Sequence record: MT446392.1 | DNA from: Escherichia virus TH15 | DNA: 64,000 bases | Strand: one strand, 5' to 3' | In this document: in pieces, positions 40,698 through 49,971 of the stretch | How positions within the stretch are numbered: position 1 is the first letter of the stretch | How the letters are laid out: the number at the start of each line of letters is the position of its first letter | The notes under the pieces: generated by a model | The model's database searches: none | Told to the model about the DNA's origin: nothing | Seen by the model: the letters and a program-made list of their open reading frames with translations, nothing else | Translations under genes and position numbers: made by a program

Positions 40698-40984
40698 TGA
40701 AATCTATCATGGCAGTATGTTTGGCTATTGGACTTGTTTCATGCGCCCAGAAGCCTGTTGTGGAGCCCACAATTCAAGTTCATCCTAATTGGCCACAGAC
40801 ATTAATGGAATACCGTCAGCAATGGGAAGTGAAGGTAATTGACGGTCAACCATGGGTTGGTATGCCTTTTGAAGCATCGCAAGAATTCCGGATTTGGATG
40901 AATGATGTAAAAAGGTATGTACATGACCAAAAAGGTATGTTATGTTATTATCGTTCTGAACTAAAAGAGGAGCGTTGCAAATGA
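40694..40984 (+). CDS. o-spanin outer-membrane lipoprotein (Rz1-like, pseT.2 analogue)
   Basis: Signal peptide with lipobox LVSC; small Cys-containing periplasmic domain. Confidence 0.6.
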   Translation: MMKSIMAVCLAIGLVSCAQKPVVEPTIQVHPNWPQTLMEYRQQWEVKVIDGQPWVGMPFEASQEFRIWMNDVKRYVHDQKGMLCYYRSELKEERCK

Positions 40985-41088
40985 TAGAGACCTGTAGCCT
41001 TGGTTGGGATATTGTTAGATTTGGTGCATTCTGTTTTTGTTTTGGGATTGCGGCCACTTTATGTGTTCAAGGTCTTTTTGGAAAGTAG

Positions 41089-41117
41089 TGTACAAACTCA
41101 TGGGAGCAGAGTATAAT
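41089..41117 (+). promoter_or_regulatory. Early promoter (TGTACA / TATAAT) with inverted repeat ggagc / gctcc around the -10
   Basis: 17-nt spacer; drives the ORF at 41149 and pseT. Confidence 0.5.
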
Positions 41118-41148
41118 GCTCCTACGGATAATAATTGAGGAAATAATT

Positions 41149-42364
<1,216 letters not shown>

Positions 42365-42365
<1 letters not shown>

Positions 42366-42565
42366 TGAACAATATCGAAAAGATTTTTCGCAAGATTGAA
42401 GAAATTGAAAAAGGTTATGAATACTTTTTCAGCGTATGGCCGCTAACTGATGGACGTATCGGTCTGGATGTGATGGACTATCAAGATGAAGACAAGGTTG
42501 ATGGCGGTATCTTTACCTCCGCCACGGCCCTCCTGGACTTCCTGGAAGAGCATTATGTACGATAA
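42365..42565 (+). CDS. Hypothetical protein
   Basis: ORF coupled to the pseT stop. Confidence 0.4.
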
Positions 42566-42770
42566 ACACGATGAAATTAAAGAGGAAGCATACGGCTTCC
42601 TTAACAAACTAGCTGGGCAAGGAATGTCACCTGCCCTGATTAATGAACTGGTAAAAATTCGTAATGATATGAACACAAGATATAAAGGTGAATATCATGT
42701 AGAGTTTGCACCGCTGGTCGAAATCACCGACCGATTCGTTGTTGATGTTCGGGTTCACACCGTTCATTAA
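42555..42770 (+). CDS. Hypothetical protein
   Basis: Internal ATG overlapping the previous ORF end. Confidence 0.35.
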   Translation: MYDKHDEIKEEAYGFLNKLAGQGMSPALINELVKIRNDMNTRYKGEYHVEFAPLVEITDRFVVDVRVHTVH

Positions 42771-42841
42771 CGCTTTAAAAATTTTATGTTATAATGGGTC
42801 TAGGTCCTTTGGATAACCCCAATAACTAAGCGAGAAAAGAA

Positions 42842-43120
42842 ATGTTTCCTACATATTCTGAAATTGTTAAAGTAGTTTTTAGTCAGATTGTATCTGACTA
42901 TCTATACGAAAGCGTCGACGTGTCGACTGAACTAAAAGTGCACGGTCGTTTGTCTGCTATTCTGGAAATCATGTTCCCGGATGCAGTTGATGCAATCACT
43001 GTTCAACTCACGCCTGGTGCGGCATTTGCAATTGTTCCATTTAAAATCGATAACCACATTTTGGCTATTTCATGCAAAATGGACTTCCAGAAACAAACGG
43101 TAGTTGTCGAAGCAATTTAA
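42842..43120 (+). CDS. Hypothetical protein
   Basis: ORF downstream of a middle-type promoter. Confidence 0.4.
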   Translation: MFPTYSEIVKVVFSQIVSDYLYESVDVSTELKVHGRLSAILEIMFPDAVDAITVQLTPGAAFAIVPFKIDNHILAISCKMDFQKQTVVVEAI

Positions 43121-43122
43121 GT

Positions 43123-43151
43123 GTTTACTTTCACCATGGATGGTGTATAAT
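43123..43151 (+). promoter_or_regulatory. Early promoter (GTTTAC / TATAAT, 17-nt spacer) with palindromic spacer caccatggatggtg
   Basis: Consensus -35 and -10 hexamers upstream of the ORF at 43181. Confidence 0.55.
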
Positions 43152-43180
43152 GAATTTCATCAACACATGAGGAAAACAAA

Positions 43181-43723
43181 ATGAGTAATTTCTTTGAAGA
43201 AGGTAAGTTTTACAAATTTGTATCTGAAAATGCCAAAAAACAGTTTGTCGCTGGTGGATGGGCAGCTAATTACCAAATTGCTAGATACATCGGTATGACT
43301 CCGTTTGAAGTTAAGATTGTCCCTGATAATATTAGCGGCGGAAGAAAGGTTTGTGAGATTCGTTTGATTGATGAAAATAATTTTGTGGATTTGGCAAAAA
43401 TATCTGATGCACAAAACAGACATCATGGAGCAATATTTGTTTCCAATGGTCCTTTGTCAGATGAATTTGAATATTTCATCCAGGTAGAAGTTGGTATTAA
43501 GCCAGAAGTTGAGCCTGTACCAGCGAAACTTGCATCAGTTTGGAAATTGCTTGTGGTTAAAAATGGCAAGATTGAGATTAACTCTCGTCATACGTCAAAA
43601 GAATACGCGGAAGACGAAGCAGAGCGGCTGTTAAACCGTGGTACTGCAGAAGATTGCTATATTATCAAGGGCGATATCACAAAAGCTTCTATCGTTAAAC
43701 AAGTAAAACAGGAGACAATCTGA
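43181..43723 (+). CDS. Hypothetical early protein (paralog family member C, extended)
   Basis: N-terminal GKFYKFVSENAKKQFVAG and DEFEYFIQVE resemble the ORFs at 29472 and 30166; own promoter with GAGGA SD. Confidence 0.5.
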   Translation: MSNFFEEGKFYKFVSENAKKQFVAGGWAANYQIARYIGMTPFEVKIVPDNISGGRKVCEIRLIDENNFVDLAKISDAQNRHHGAIFVSNGPLSDEFEYFIQVEVGIKPEVEPVPAKLASVWKLLVVKNGKIEINSRHTSKEYAEDEAERLLNRGTAEDCYIIKGDITKASIVKQVKQETI

Positions 43724-43956
43724 TGCTTAGCGAAACCCCAATTACTGTTGAAGAGTTTCACGAAAAAGTGAAGGCATTTGCTCAAGCGATGATTAACCAC
43801 GTATCACAGCGATTTCCTGATGCGACTCTGAAAGTTATTCAGGAATCTGCACGCAGTTTTATGATTGTCATTAATCCAAAAGATGGTGACCAGTTTACTC
43901 AATTGAAATTGGGTTCTGACGGTCTGGTTGAAGCACAGCGAGTGTACATTCAATGA
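43723..43956 (+). CDS. Hypothetical protein
   Basis: Translationally coupled ORF. Confidence 0.4.
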   Translation: MLSETPITVEEFHEKVKAFAQAMINHVSQRFPDATLKVIQESARSFMIVINPKDGDQFTQLKLGSDGLVEAQRVYIQ

Positions 43957-44288
43957 TGAATTTGATGGATATTTTCCAGGAAGCACTTAAAAATGATTTA
44001 GGTGACCATCGTAAGTTGGACCCGGAGACAACTGCATTTATCAAAGTAACGCTTGCAAATGATGCTCTGTTTAAAAGTATTCACCCAAGTAATTATGATG
44101 CGGTTGTTATTACAGAAGCTCCTGTAGAAATTGGTGAGCGAATGTTTGGGGTGATTTTTGATGATAAGAAAAAACGCTTCAGTGATGGTGATAGTATAAT
44201 TACAACACATGTTAAGAGCATTACTAAATTGCGACATGAATTATATCGTGTTGAAACTATTAAAACCAATTATCTCGTGGTGATGTAA
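43953..44288 (+). CDS. Hypothetical protein
   Basis: Translationally coupled ORF. Confidence 0.4.
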   Translation: MMNLMDIFQEALKNDLGDHRKLDPETTAFIKVTLANDALFKSIHPSNYDAVVITEAPVEIGERMFGVIFDDKKKRFSDGDSIITTHVKSITKLRHELYRVETIKTNYLVVM

Positions 44289-44870
44289 ATGAAACCAACT
44301 ACTGTTCTGCAAATCGCGTACCTTGTATCTCAAGAATCAAAATGCTGCTCCTGGAAAGTGGGAGCTGTTATTGAAAAGAATGGACGCATTATTTCTACAG
44401 GGTATAATGGTTCCCCTGCGGGTGGGGTCAACTGTTGCGAGCATGCGGAAGAGCAAGGTTGGTTACTGAATAAACCTAAACCTGTTCTCGTCCCCGGCCA
44501 CAAGCCAGAATGTGTGAGATTCAGTAAGGTTGACCGTTTTGTATTGGCGAAAGCCCATCGCGAAGAACATTCTGCATGGTCAAAGAACAATGAAATCCAC
44601 GCAGAACTTAATGCAATTTTGTTTGCGGCAAGGATGGGGTCGTCAATTGAGGGAGCGACTATGTACGTGACGCTTTCTCCTTGTCCTGATTGCGCAAAGG
44701 CAATTTCGCAATCAGGAATCAAGAAATTGGTTTACTGTGAAACGTATGACAAGAATATTCCTGGTTGGGATGATATCCTGAAGAATGCAGGAATTGAGGT
44801 GTTCAATGTGCCTAAGCGTAGTCTAGACAAATTGAACTGGGAAAACATTAACGAATTTTGTGGTGAATAA
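44289..44870 (+). CDS. cd: dCMP deaminase
   Basis: 193 aa as in T4; zinc-binding motifs HAE...E and SPCPDCAK. Confidence 0.9.
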   Translation: MKPTTVLQIAYLVSQESKCCSWKVGAVIEKNGRIISTGYNGSPAGGVNCCEHAEEQGWLLNKPKPVLVPGHKPECVRFSKVDRFVLAKAHREEHSAWSKNNEIHAELNAILFAARMGSSIEGATMYVTLSPCPDCAKAISQSGIKKLVYCETYDKNIPGWDDILKNAGIEVFNVPKRSLDKLNWENINEFCGE

Positions 44871-45103
44871 TGAAATTTCGATTAGTTAAGTTTTCAGGTC
44901 TGAACTCAAAAGGCGAAAGCTTAGTAGCCTATTCAGTAGAATACAAAAAGTACTTTTTCTCTCGCTGGAAATCGTACTATAAATCCGAGTGGGTTCGCCC
45001 CGAAATGAACTATAAAACGGTGCCTATTCTTGAAAATTGTCATAGCCTATTAAGAGCTCTAAAAGAGCGTAATGCAACAACCATTAAAACTGTTTTGGAA
45101 TAA
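44870..45103 (+). CDS. Hypothetical protein
   Basis: Translationally coupled ORF. Confidence 0.4.
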   Translation: MKFRLVKFSGLNSKGESLVAYSVEYKKYFFSRWKSYYKSEWVRPEMNYKTVPILENCHSLLRALKERNATTIKTVLE

Positions 45104-45105
45104 TT

Positions 45106-45405
45106 ATGATTTTAACTGAACAAGAAACAATTCGTCTCCGTGAAAAAGTCAAGACTATCTTGTCTGTTGGCTTTCACGAAGTTCTGTTTGAAAAAGCAGA
45201 TGGCAGCATCCGTCGTATGACTTGTACTCGCGACCTGGACCTGCTGCCGTATAAAGAAATCCAGGCCCCTGGGCCAGAAGCTAGTAAAGAACCGGTTAGC
45301 TATATCCGGGTATTTGATACCAAGCTTAATGAGTGGCGTTCATTTTGTTTCAATAAATTGGTTTCTGTGAATGGATTACAGACCGAGACTCTGCTCGTCC
45401 TTTAA
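45106..45405 (+). CDS. Hypothetical protein
   Basis: 99-aa ORF. Confidence 0.45.
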   Translation: MILTEQETIRLREKVKTILSVGFHEVLFEKADGSIRRMTCTRDLDLLPYKEIQAPGPEASKEPVSYIRVFDTKLNEWRSFCFNKLVSVNGLQTETLLVL

Positions 45406-45436
45406 TGCTTCAAACAACGCGTGTTATTATTAATAC

Positions 45437-45784
45437 ATGACCAAACAACATGGATTAAATATGGAATTACCAATTAAAGCAGTAGGTGAATATATTATTT
45501 TGGTTTCTGAGCCAAAGCAAGCTGGCGATGAAGAAACTACGGCATCAGGTATCGTTATCGGAAAACTCCATCAGGGTGAAATCCCAGAGATGTGTGAAGT
45601 ATTTTCGATTGGTCAAGATGTTCCTGAAGGCTTCTGTGAAGTAGGCGATTTGACTCCTCTTCCGGTTGGCAAGATTGCAAACGTTCCACATCCTCTGGTT
45701 GCTCTGGGGCTTAAGCAGGCTAAAGAAGTTAAGCAGAAATTTGTGACCTGCCATTATAAAGCTGTTCCTTGTCTTTATAAGTAA
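45437..45784 (+). CDS. 31: Co-chaperonin gp31 (GroES-like)
   Basis: [21 protein letters not shown] and C-terminus [51 protein letters not shown] near-identical to T4 gp31. Alternative start at 45461. Confidence 0.9.
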   Translation: MTKQHGLNMELPIKAVGEYIILVSEPKQAGDEETTASGIVIGKLHQGEIPEMCEVFSIGQDVPEGFCEVGDLTPLPVGKIANVPHPLVALGLKQAKEVKQKFVTCHYKAVPCLYK

Positions 45785-45941
45785 AATTAGCGTTATAAAT
45801 AATAATATGGATTGGCTGCCGGACCAGTTAGTTAACCGGAGAATCCTAAACGGTGGACTACAACTGAGAGACTTGCCGAAAGGAAGTGAAATTCAGAAGA
45901 ACGTGTCCACCAAATATTCACCTCATATTGAGGCTTCTAAA

Positions 45942-46196
45942 ATGTCTTTAAACAAACAATTACAACACGCTCTTGAACTGCAACGCACTGCATGGAATAA
46001 CGGTCACGAAAACTATGGCGCATCTATTGATGTTGAAGCCGAAGCACTGGAAATTCTGCAGTATTTCAAACATCTTAACCCGGTACAAACCGACCTTCGC
46101 GCTGTACTCGAAGCTAAAGATGAATTGAAATATGCTAAGCCGCTGGCATCTGCTGCGCGTAAAGCTGTTCGACATTTTGTCGTTACTCTGAAGTAA
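45942..46196 (+). CDS. rIII: Lysis-inhibition accessory protein rIII
   Basis: Internal ATG with GAGG SD; LQRTAWNNGHENYGASIDVEAEALEIL and C-terminus KYAKPLASAARKAVRHFVVTLK match remembered T4 rIII. Confidence 0.8.
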   Translation: MSLNKQLQHALELQRTAWNNGHENYGASIDVEAEALEILQYFKHLNPVQTDLRAVLEAKDELKYAKPLASAARKAVRHFVVTLK

Positions 46197-46594
46197 GTTT
46201 TAGGTGATTCGCTACCTTAAGTGCGGCTAGAAAATCGAGGAGCCGTCGAACTGTCTGATTAATGATTTGCGAATCATTATAGTTTTAAGACCCCGGCAGT
46301 TTTACGGTGTACCTCTTGAATGTTATTTTATAGCGGCAAGTGCATGCTACCCCGAGGTGATGGCCAATCGGGAGTACGCCTCAAGGCCTATATATCCATC
46401 AGTATATATCTTATCCTCGAGTAATCGGACCCGGAACCTTTAAGCTAACGGTGTGCAACAGATAAGAGCTATAAAGTATGATGGCGAGGTTTATGGTTAT
46501 CCTGCCGTTAAATATCCGAAACCTAATGTTCCCTTCGAGGGCTTGCGCAGGCAATGTCAATAAGTCCTGCATTCTATTTTAAAGAGAATTTAAT
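46197..46594 (+). other. ORF-free, relatively GC-rich structured intergenic region (candidate non-coding RNA or leader)
   Basis: About 400 nt with stops in all frames; several local inverted repeats (for example aatgatt-tgcg-aatcatt at 46261-46278, cccttcgaggg near 46540). Confidence 0.35.
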
Positions 46595-46756
46595 ATGGCT
46601 AAGAAAGAAGTTAAAGTTGTTGATGGCTCCTCCAAACGCGCTGGTTACAAGCGTGCGTCCAACAAGCGAATCAATCAGGTGGCTGATAAACTTCAGGCTC
46701 GTGCTCGTGCGGTATTGCGTGCCGATGCAGCTTGCTTTGGTAAGCCGAAAGCGTAA
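46595..46756 (+). CDS. Small basic protein (53 aa)
   Basis: ATG ORF rich in K/R/A, ending directly at a strong intrinsic terminator; codon usage typical of highly expressed genes (cgt, gct, aaa). Confidence 0.35.
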   Translation: MAKKEVKVVDGSSKRAGYKRASNKRINQVADKLQARARAVLRADAACFGKPKA

Positions 46757-46760
46757 GTTC

Positions 46761-46790
46761 AGGGACTCTTCGGAGTCCCTTTTTTTTATT
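46761..46790 (+). terminator. Intrinsic terminator downstream of the small basic ORF
   Basis: agggactcttcggagtccct followed by eight T. Confidence 0.8.
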
Positions 46791-46793
46791 TTC

Positions 46794-46849
46794 ATAAAAG
46801 AGTGTACAACAGGATTTGCCCAGTGCATAATGATTCCATACTGAGTTAC
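46794..46849 (+). promoter_or_regulatory. Early promoter cassette copy 4
   Basis: -35 TGTACA 46803-46808, -10 CATAAT 46826-46831, identical leader 46832-46849. Confidence 0.6.
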
Positions 46850-46872
46850 ACAATAAAACACTGGAGAATAAA

Positions 46873-47241
46873 ATGAAAATCAATCTTAACTCATACATCA
46901 AAGGCAAAGACCACGACGGTTACAAAGCCATTGAAACTAAAGAGATGCAATGGCACTTGTATAAAGAACAGTTTGAATTTGTTGGTTGCATGACTCCTGA
47001 AGGTCCTTCTGATGACTTCTCTTGGAAAATTATGGTAACAAACTTTTTTACTGGTGATACCTACGAACTGAAAACTTTGATTTTGGGTAAGATTCGTTGT
47101 AAGACCTATGAAGATGAAGAAACTGGTTATTCTGAAGATGTTACATGGTATCAAAATGGTCGCACTACTGCTGATGATTTGATTGAAAAAATGAAAGCTA
47201 ATGGTGAATTAAATTTAGATAATTGGATTAAAGTCGCATAA
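46873..47241 (+). CDS. Hypothetical early protein
   Basis: First ORF after promoter cassette copy 4; GGAG SD. Confidence 0.45.
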   Translation: MKINLNSYIKGKDHDGYKAIETKEMQWHLYKEQFEFVGCMTPEGPSDDFSWKIMVTNFFTGDTYELKTLILGKIRCKTYEDEETGYSEDVTWYQNGRTTADDLIEKMKANGELNLDNWIKVA

Positions 47242-47245
47242 AACA

Positions 47246-47274
47246 GTTTACTTTGGTACAGGTTATGATATTAT
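47246..47274 (+). promoter_or_regulatory. Early promoter (GTTTAC / TATTAT) with inverted repeat ggtacaggt / acctgtacc
   Basis: 17-nt spacer; hairpin arms flank the -10. Confidence 0.55.
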
Positions 47275-47312
47275 AGACCTGTACCAACAAATGAAAACAA
47301 CTGGAGAATAAA

Positions 47313-47678
47313 ATGAACTACATCAACTTTGAACGCAAATATGTTTCCAACTGCATCCCAGGTTCTTCTGAAGTTATTTGCTTGTGGAAACATCAAAACG
47401 GTTCAGTGTGTGAAATTGAACAATATATGACTCCTAACTACGTTTATATGCGATTTGAAAATGGTATCACTCTTTCAATTACTAAGGAAGGTTCCAACTT
47501 TAAAATCGCATTAGATGATGATTTCCGTGAACGTGATTTAGGGACTCATCCTTGCTGGAATGGTGTTAATCGCAAGCTCCTGGTTAAAACTTGGATTCGT
47601 CACATCCTGAGCAGCAAAGTAAAACCTGAACACCTGGAAGCAATCTTTGATGTAGTTCTTAATGAATTTGATATCTAA
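47313..47678 (+). CDS. Hypothetical early protein
   Basis: Own GTTTAC/TATTAT promoter; GGAG SD. Confidence 0.45.
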   Translation: MNYINFERKYVSNCIPGSSEVICLWKHQNGSVCEIEQYMTPNYVYMRFENGITLSITKEGSNFKIALDDDFRERDLGTHPCWNGVNRKLLVKTWIRHILSSKVKPEHLEAIFDVVLNEFDI

Positions 47679-47715
47679 TCTTAAATGGGGCGAAAGCCCC
47701 CTTGAGGAAAATACT

Positions 47716-48003
47716 ATGTTTATGACTACTTACTTTGATACACGTAAAAATTTCTGTGAAGTTGTTTTCTCTAAAGCTGGTCCAGGTGTACCTGCTGATA
47801 AGCAACCAACTAAAGAATCTATTAAAAACTATGTGGATATAGTTTGCCCGGTAGAATTTCGTACTGTTAATGGACGTGATACCCTGGCAATCACCAAGCT
47901 CAACCATGATATCAATATCGACTCAAGTGTTGCCCGTGAAGTCAATACCTCTGATATTAATGGCGGTAATGTTAAATCACACGGTTTCCAGATGAGGTTT
48001 TAA
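47716..48003 (+). CDS. Hypothetical protein
   Basis: ATG with GAGGA SD just after a GC hairpin. Confidence 0.4.
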   Translation: MFMTTYFDTRKNFCEVVFSKAGPGVPADKQPTKESIKNYVDIVCPVEFRTVNGRDTLAITKLNHDINIDSSVAREVNTSDINGGNVKSHGFQMRF

Positions 48004-48197
48004 TGCAACTATTCTTATCACAAACAGTTCAGTTAAAAGGTGTGGGTATTCCTGGAATGATTTCAAAGGTCCTGCCTGCGTTTAAATTAGACAATACCCA
48101 AATTAAAGAAGCATATGCAGTCTTGTGGGTTGACGGAACTGAAGACGTTCGCATGGGTGGTGAGTTGTCTGTAATCAAATGTTTAAAGCGAGGATAA
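48003..48197 (+). CDS. Hypothetical protein
   Basis: Coupled ORF (TAATG). Confidence 0.35.
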   Translation: MQLFLSQTVQLKGVGIPGMISKVLPAFKLDNTQIKEAYAVLWVDGTEDVRMGGELSVIKCLKRG

Positions 48198-48198
48198 T

Positions 48199-48411
48199 AT
48201 GTTTAAGAAACTGATTCAGAAAATTTTGGGAACAGAAATGGTTGAAGTGACTTATCGCGTGACTGACGTAAGTCCATGGGCCCGAAATACTGAACCATAT
48301 ACTAAAACAATTAAAATGCTGAAATCTGACGGCGGATTATCTATTAAAGACCGTCTACCTGGTTATGGTCATTGGGCTGATGTAGATATTATCAGTGTCA
48401 AAGATGTCTGA
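48199..48411 (+). CDS. Hypothetical protein
   Basis: ORF with GAGGA SD. Confidence 0.35.
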   Translation: MFKKLIQKILGTEMVEVTYRVTDVSPWARNTEPYTKTIKMLKSDGGLSIKDRLPGYGHWADVDIISVKDV

Positions 48412-48862
48412 GTTAGAAATCAGAAGTAATTTTCCGTGGCCATCATGTGCATTAAGCAACTTTGCTAAATGGCCTTTTGTTATGGAGGGTATCCAGTTTG
48501 GAGGTCTTGAAGGCTTCTTACAAGGGTGCAAGGTGAGAAATCATGAACAACAAAAACGTATATTTGGGATGTCCGGATTGGCCGCCCAGCAAAGTGGAAG
48601 AGCTTATGCAAGAGCTGCGGACCGTGGGACGCTTTTCTGGCTTGGAATTCCCTTTTCAAGATACTCTGCAGCATGGAAAGAGTTGTATACAAATGCATAT
48701 TTTGAAGCAGCGCTCCAGAACCAAGGATTCCGCGATGCGTTACAATCCACAAAAGGCAAAGTTTTAAAGCATTCGATGGCGAGTCACCTTACTGTTCATG
48801 ATACAATATTGACTGAACAAGAATTTATTGACATACTTAACCAATTGAGAGATGCATTATGA
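48404..48862 (+). CDS. NADAR-like (YbiA/DUF1768-like) protein, candidate ADP-ribose-processing enzyme
   Basis: SNFAKWP followed by E-x-F-x-Q-x-x-K resembles the NADAR signature recalled from E. coli YbiA (FSNFAAWP ... SEHYFQAQK). Track start 48395 is GTG. Confidence 0.5.
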   Translation: MSELEIRSNFPWPSCALSNFAKWPFVMEGIQFGGLEGFLQGCKVRNHEQQKRIFGMSGLAAQQSGRAYARAADRGTLFWLGIPFSRYSAAWKELYTNAYFEAALQNQGFRDALQSTKGKVLKHSMASHLTVHDTILTEQEFIDILNQLRDAL

Positions 48863-49683
48863 AACCCGTTATTTTAACAGATATTGATGGCGTATGTTTG
48901 TCATGGCAGTCTGGCTTGCCTTATTTCGCTCAAAAATATAATTTACCCCTGGAACACATCCTTAAGATGATTCAGGATGAAAAATTTGTGACCCCTGGTA
49001 AACTCTTCAATTGTGATGAAGAGTTGGGCGCGCAGTTGATTGAAAAATATAACTGTTCGGACTTTATTCGCTATTTGTCTCCTTATGCGGATGCATTAAG
49101 GGTTATTAATAACATCAAAGAGCAATATGATTTTGTGGCTGTAACAGCCCTGGGTGATTCTATTGATGCTCGCCTGAATCGTCAATTCAACCTGAATGCT
49201 TTGTTCCCTGGGGCATTTAAAGAAGTGATGATGTGTGGTCATACAGCCTCTAAAGAGGAGTTATTTCAGAAGGCAAAAGACAAATATAATGTCATTTGTT
49301 ATATTGATGACCTTGCGCACCATTGCGACCATGCGAGTGAAATTCTTGAGGTTCCGGTTTATTGGATGGCCCGCGGTGAACGTGATGCTATTCCTAAAAC
49401 AGCTTCCAAAGTTTTTAATTGGGACGATGTTGCCGGACAGCTTAAACTGAAACACAAAGATGAACCGGTCAAACCAGAATTCACCCCAGATGAACTCCGT
49501 AAACTGGAAGAGCTGTTTCGTGAAACTCGCCGTCTTCAACAACAAATGCAACAAGGCTGGCAGCCAGGTCAACAATGGACTCCTGGATATAATCCAGCAT
49601 ATCCATATCAATATGGTCAGCGCGTAGGTACTGGCATTGAATACTGGTACAATCAACCAACTGGTGGACAAGGGGGTAATTGA
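48859..49683 (+). CDS. HAD-superfamily phosphatase / nucleotidase-like protein with Q/G/Y-rich C-terminal tail
   Basis: N-terminal ILTDIDGV (HAD motif I); C-terminal 45 aa low complexity (QQQMQQGWQPGQQWTPGYNPAYPYQYGQ...GGQGGN). Confidence 0.55.
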   Translation: MKPVILTDIDGVCLSWQSGLPYFAQKYNLPLEHILKMIQDEKFVTPGKLFNCDEELGAQLIEKYNCSDFIRYLSPYADALRVINNIKEQYDFVAVTALGDSIDARLNRQFNLNALFPGAFKEVMMCGHTASKEELFQKAKDKYNVICYIDDLAHHCDHASEILEVPVYWMARGERDAIPKTASKVFNWDDVAGQLKLKHKDEPVKPEFTPDELRKLEELFRETRRLQQQMQQGWQPGQQWTPGYNPAYPYQYGQRVGTGIEYWYNQPTGGQGGN

Positions 49684-49961
49684 TGTTTGTCGTTCATACT
49701 ATTTCAGACCGTGGTCCTGTCACCACAATGGATTACGGTCATGTTAACCAGTTTATTCGTCATGTGAATCATAATTACTCGTTTGATATTAATCCGGCAA
49801 AAGATAATCCCGTTTGGCGTGAATGTGTTGAGCAAGGATTTATCTATGTTCACTTCATGACTAAAATGAAACCAGATGGTGCCACGAAATTTGTGTTCAC
49901 TTATCATAAGCGTCTGGATTTGCTTTTGGAAGACGTGGCATATAATAGAGCCAACGACTAA
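49680..49961 (+). CDS. Hypothetical protein
   Basis: Coupled ORF upstream of the ligase gene. Confidence 0.4.
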   Translation: MMFVVHTISDRGPVTTMDYGHVNQFIRHVNHNYSFDINPAKDNPVWRECVEQGFIYVHFMTKMKPDGATKFVFTYHKRLDLLLEDVAYNRAND

Positions 49962-49971
49962 GAGGTGATTA

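Noticed and set aside
46197-46594. tRNA gene in the ORF-free region
   Set aside because: No GTTCGAATC-type T-loop, no 7-bp acceptor stem pairing and no cloverleaf spacing seen by eye; kept only as a generic structured-RNA candidate.
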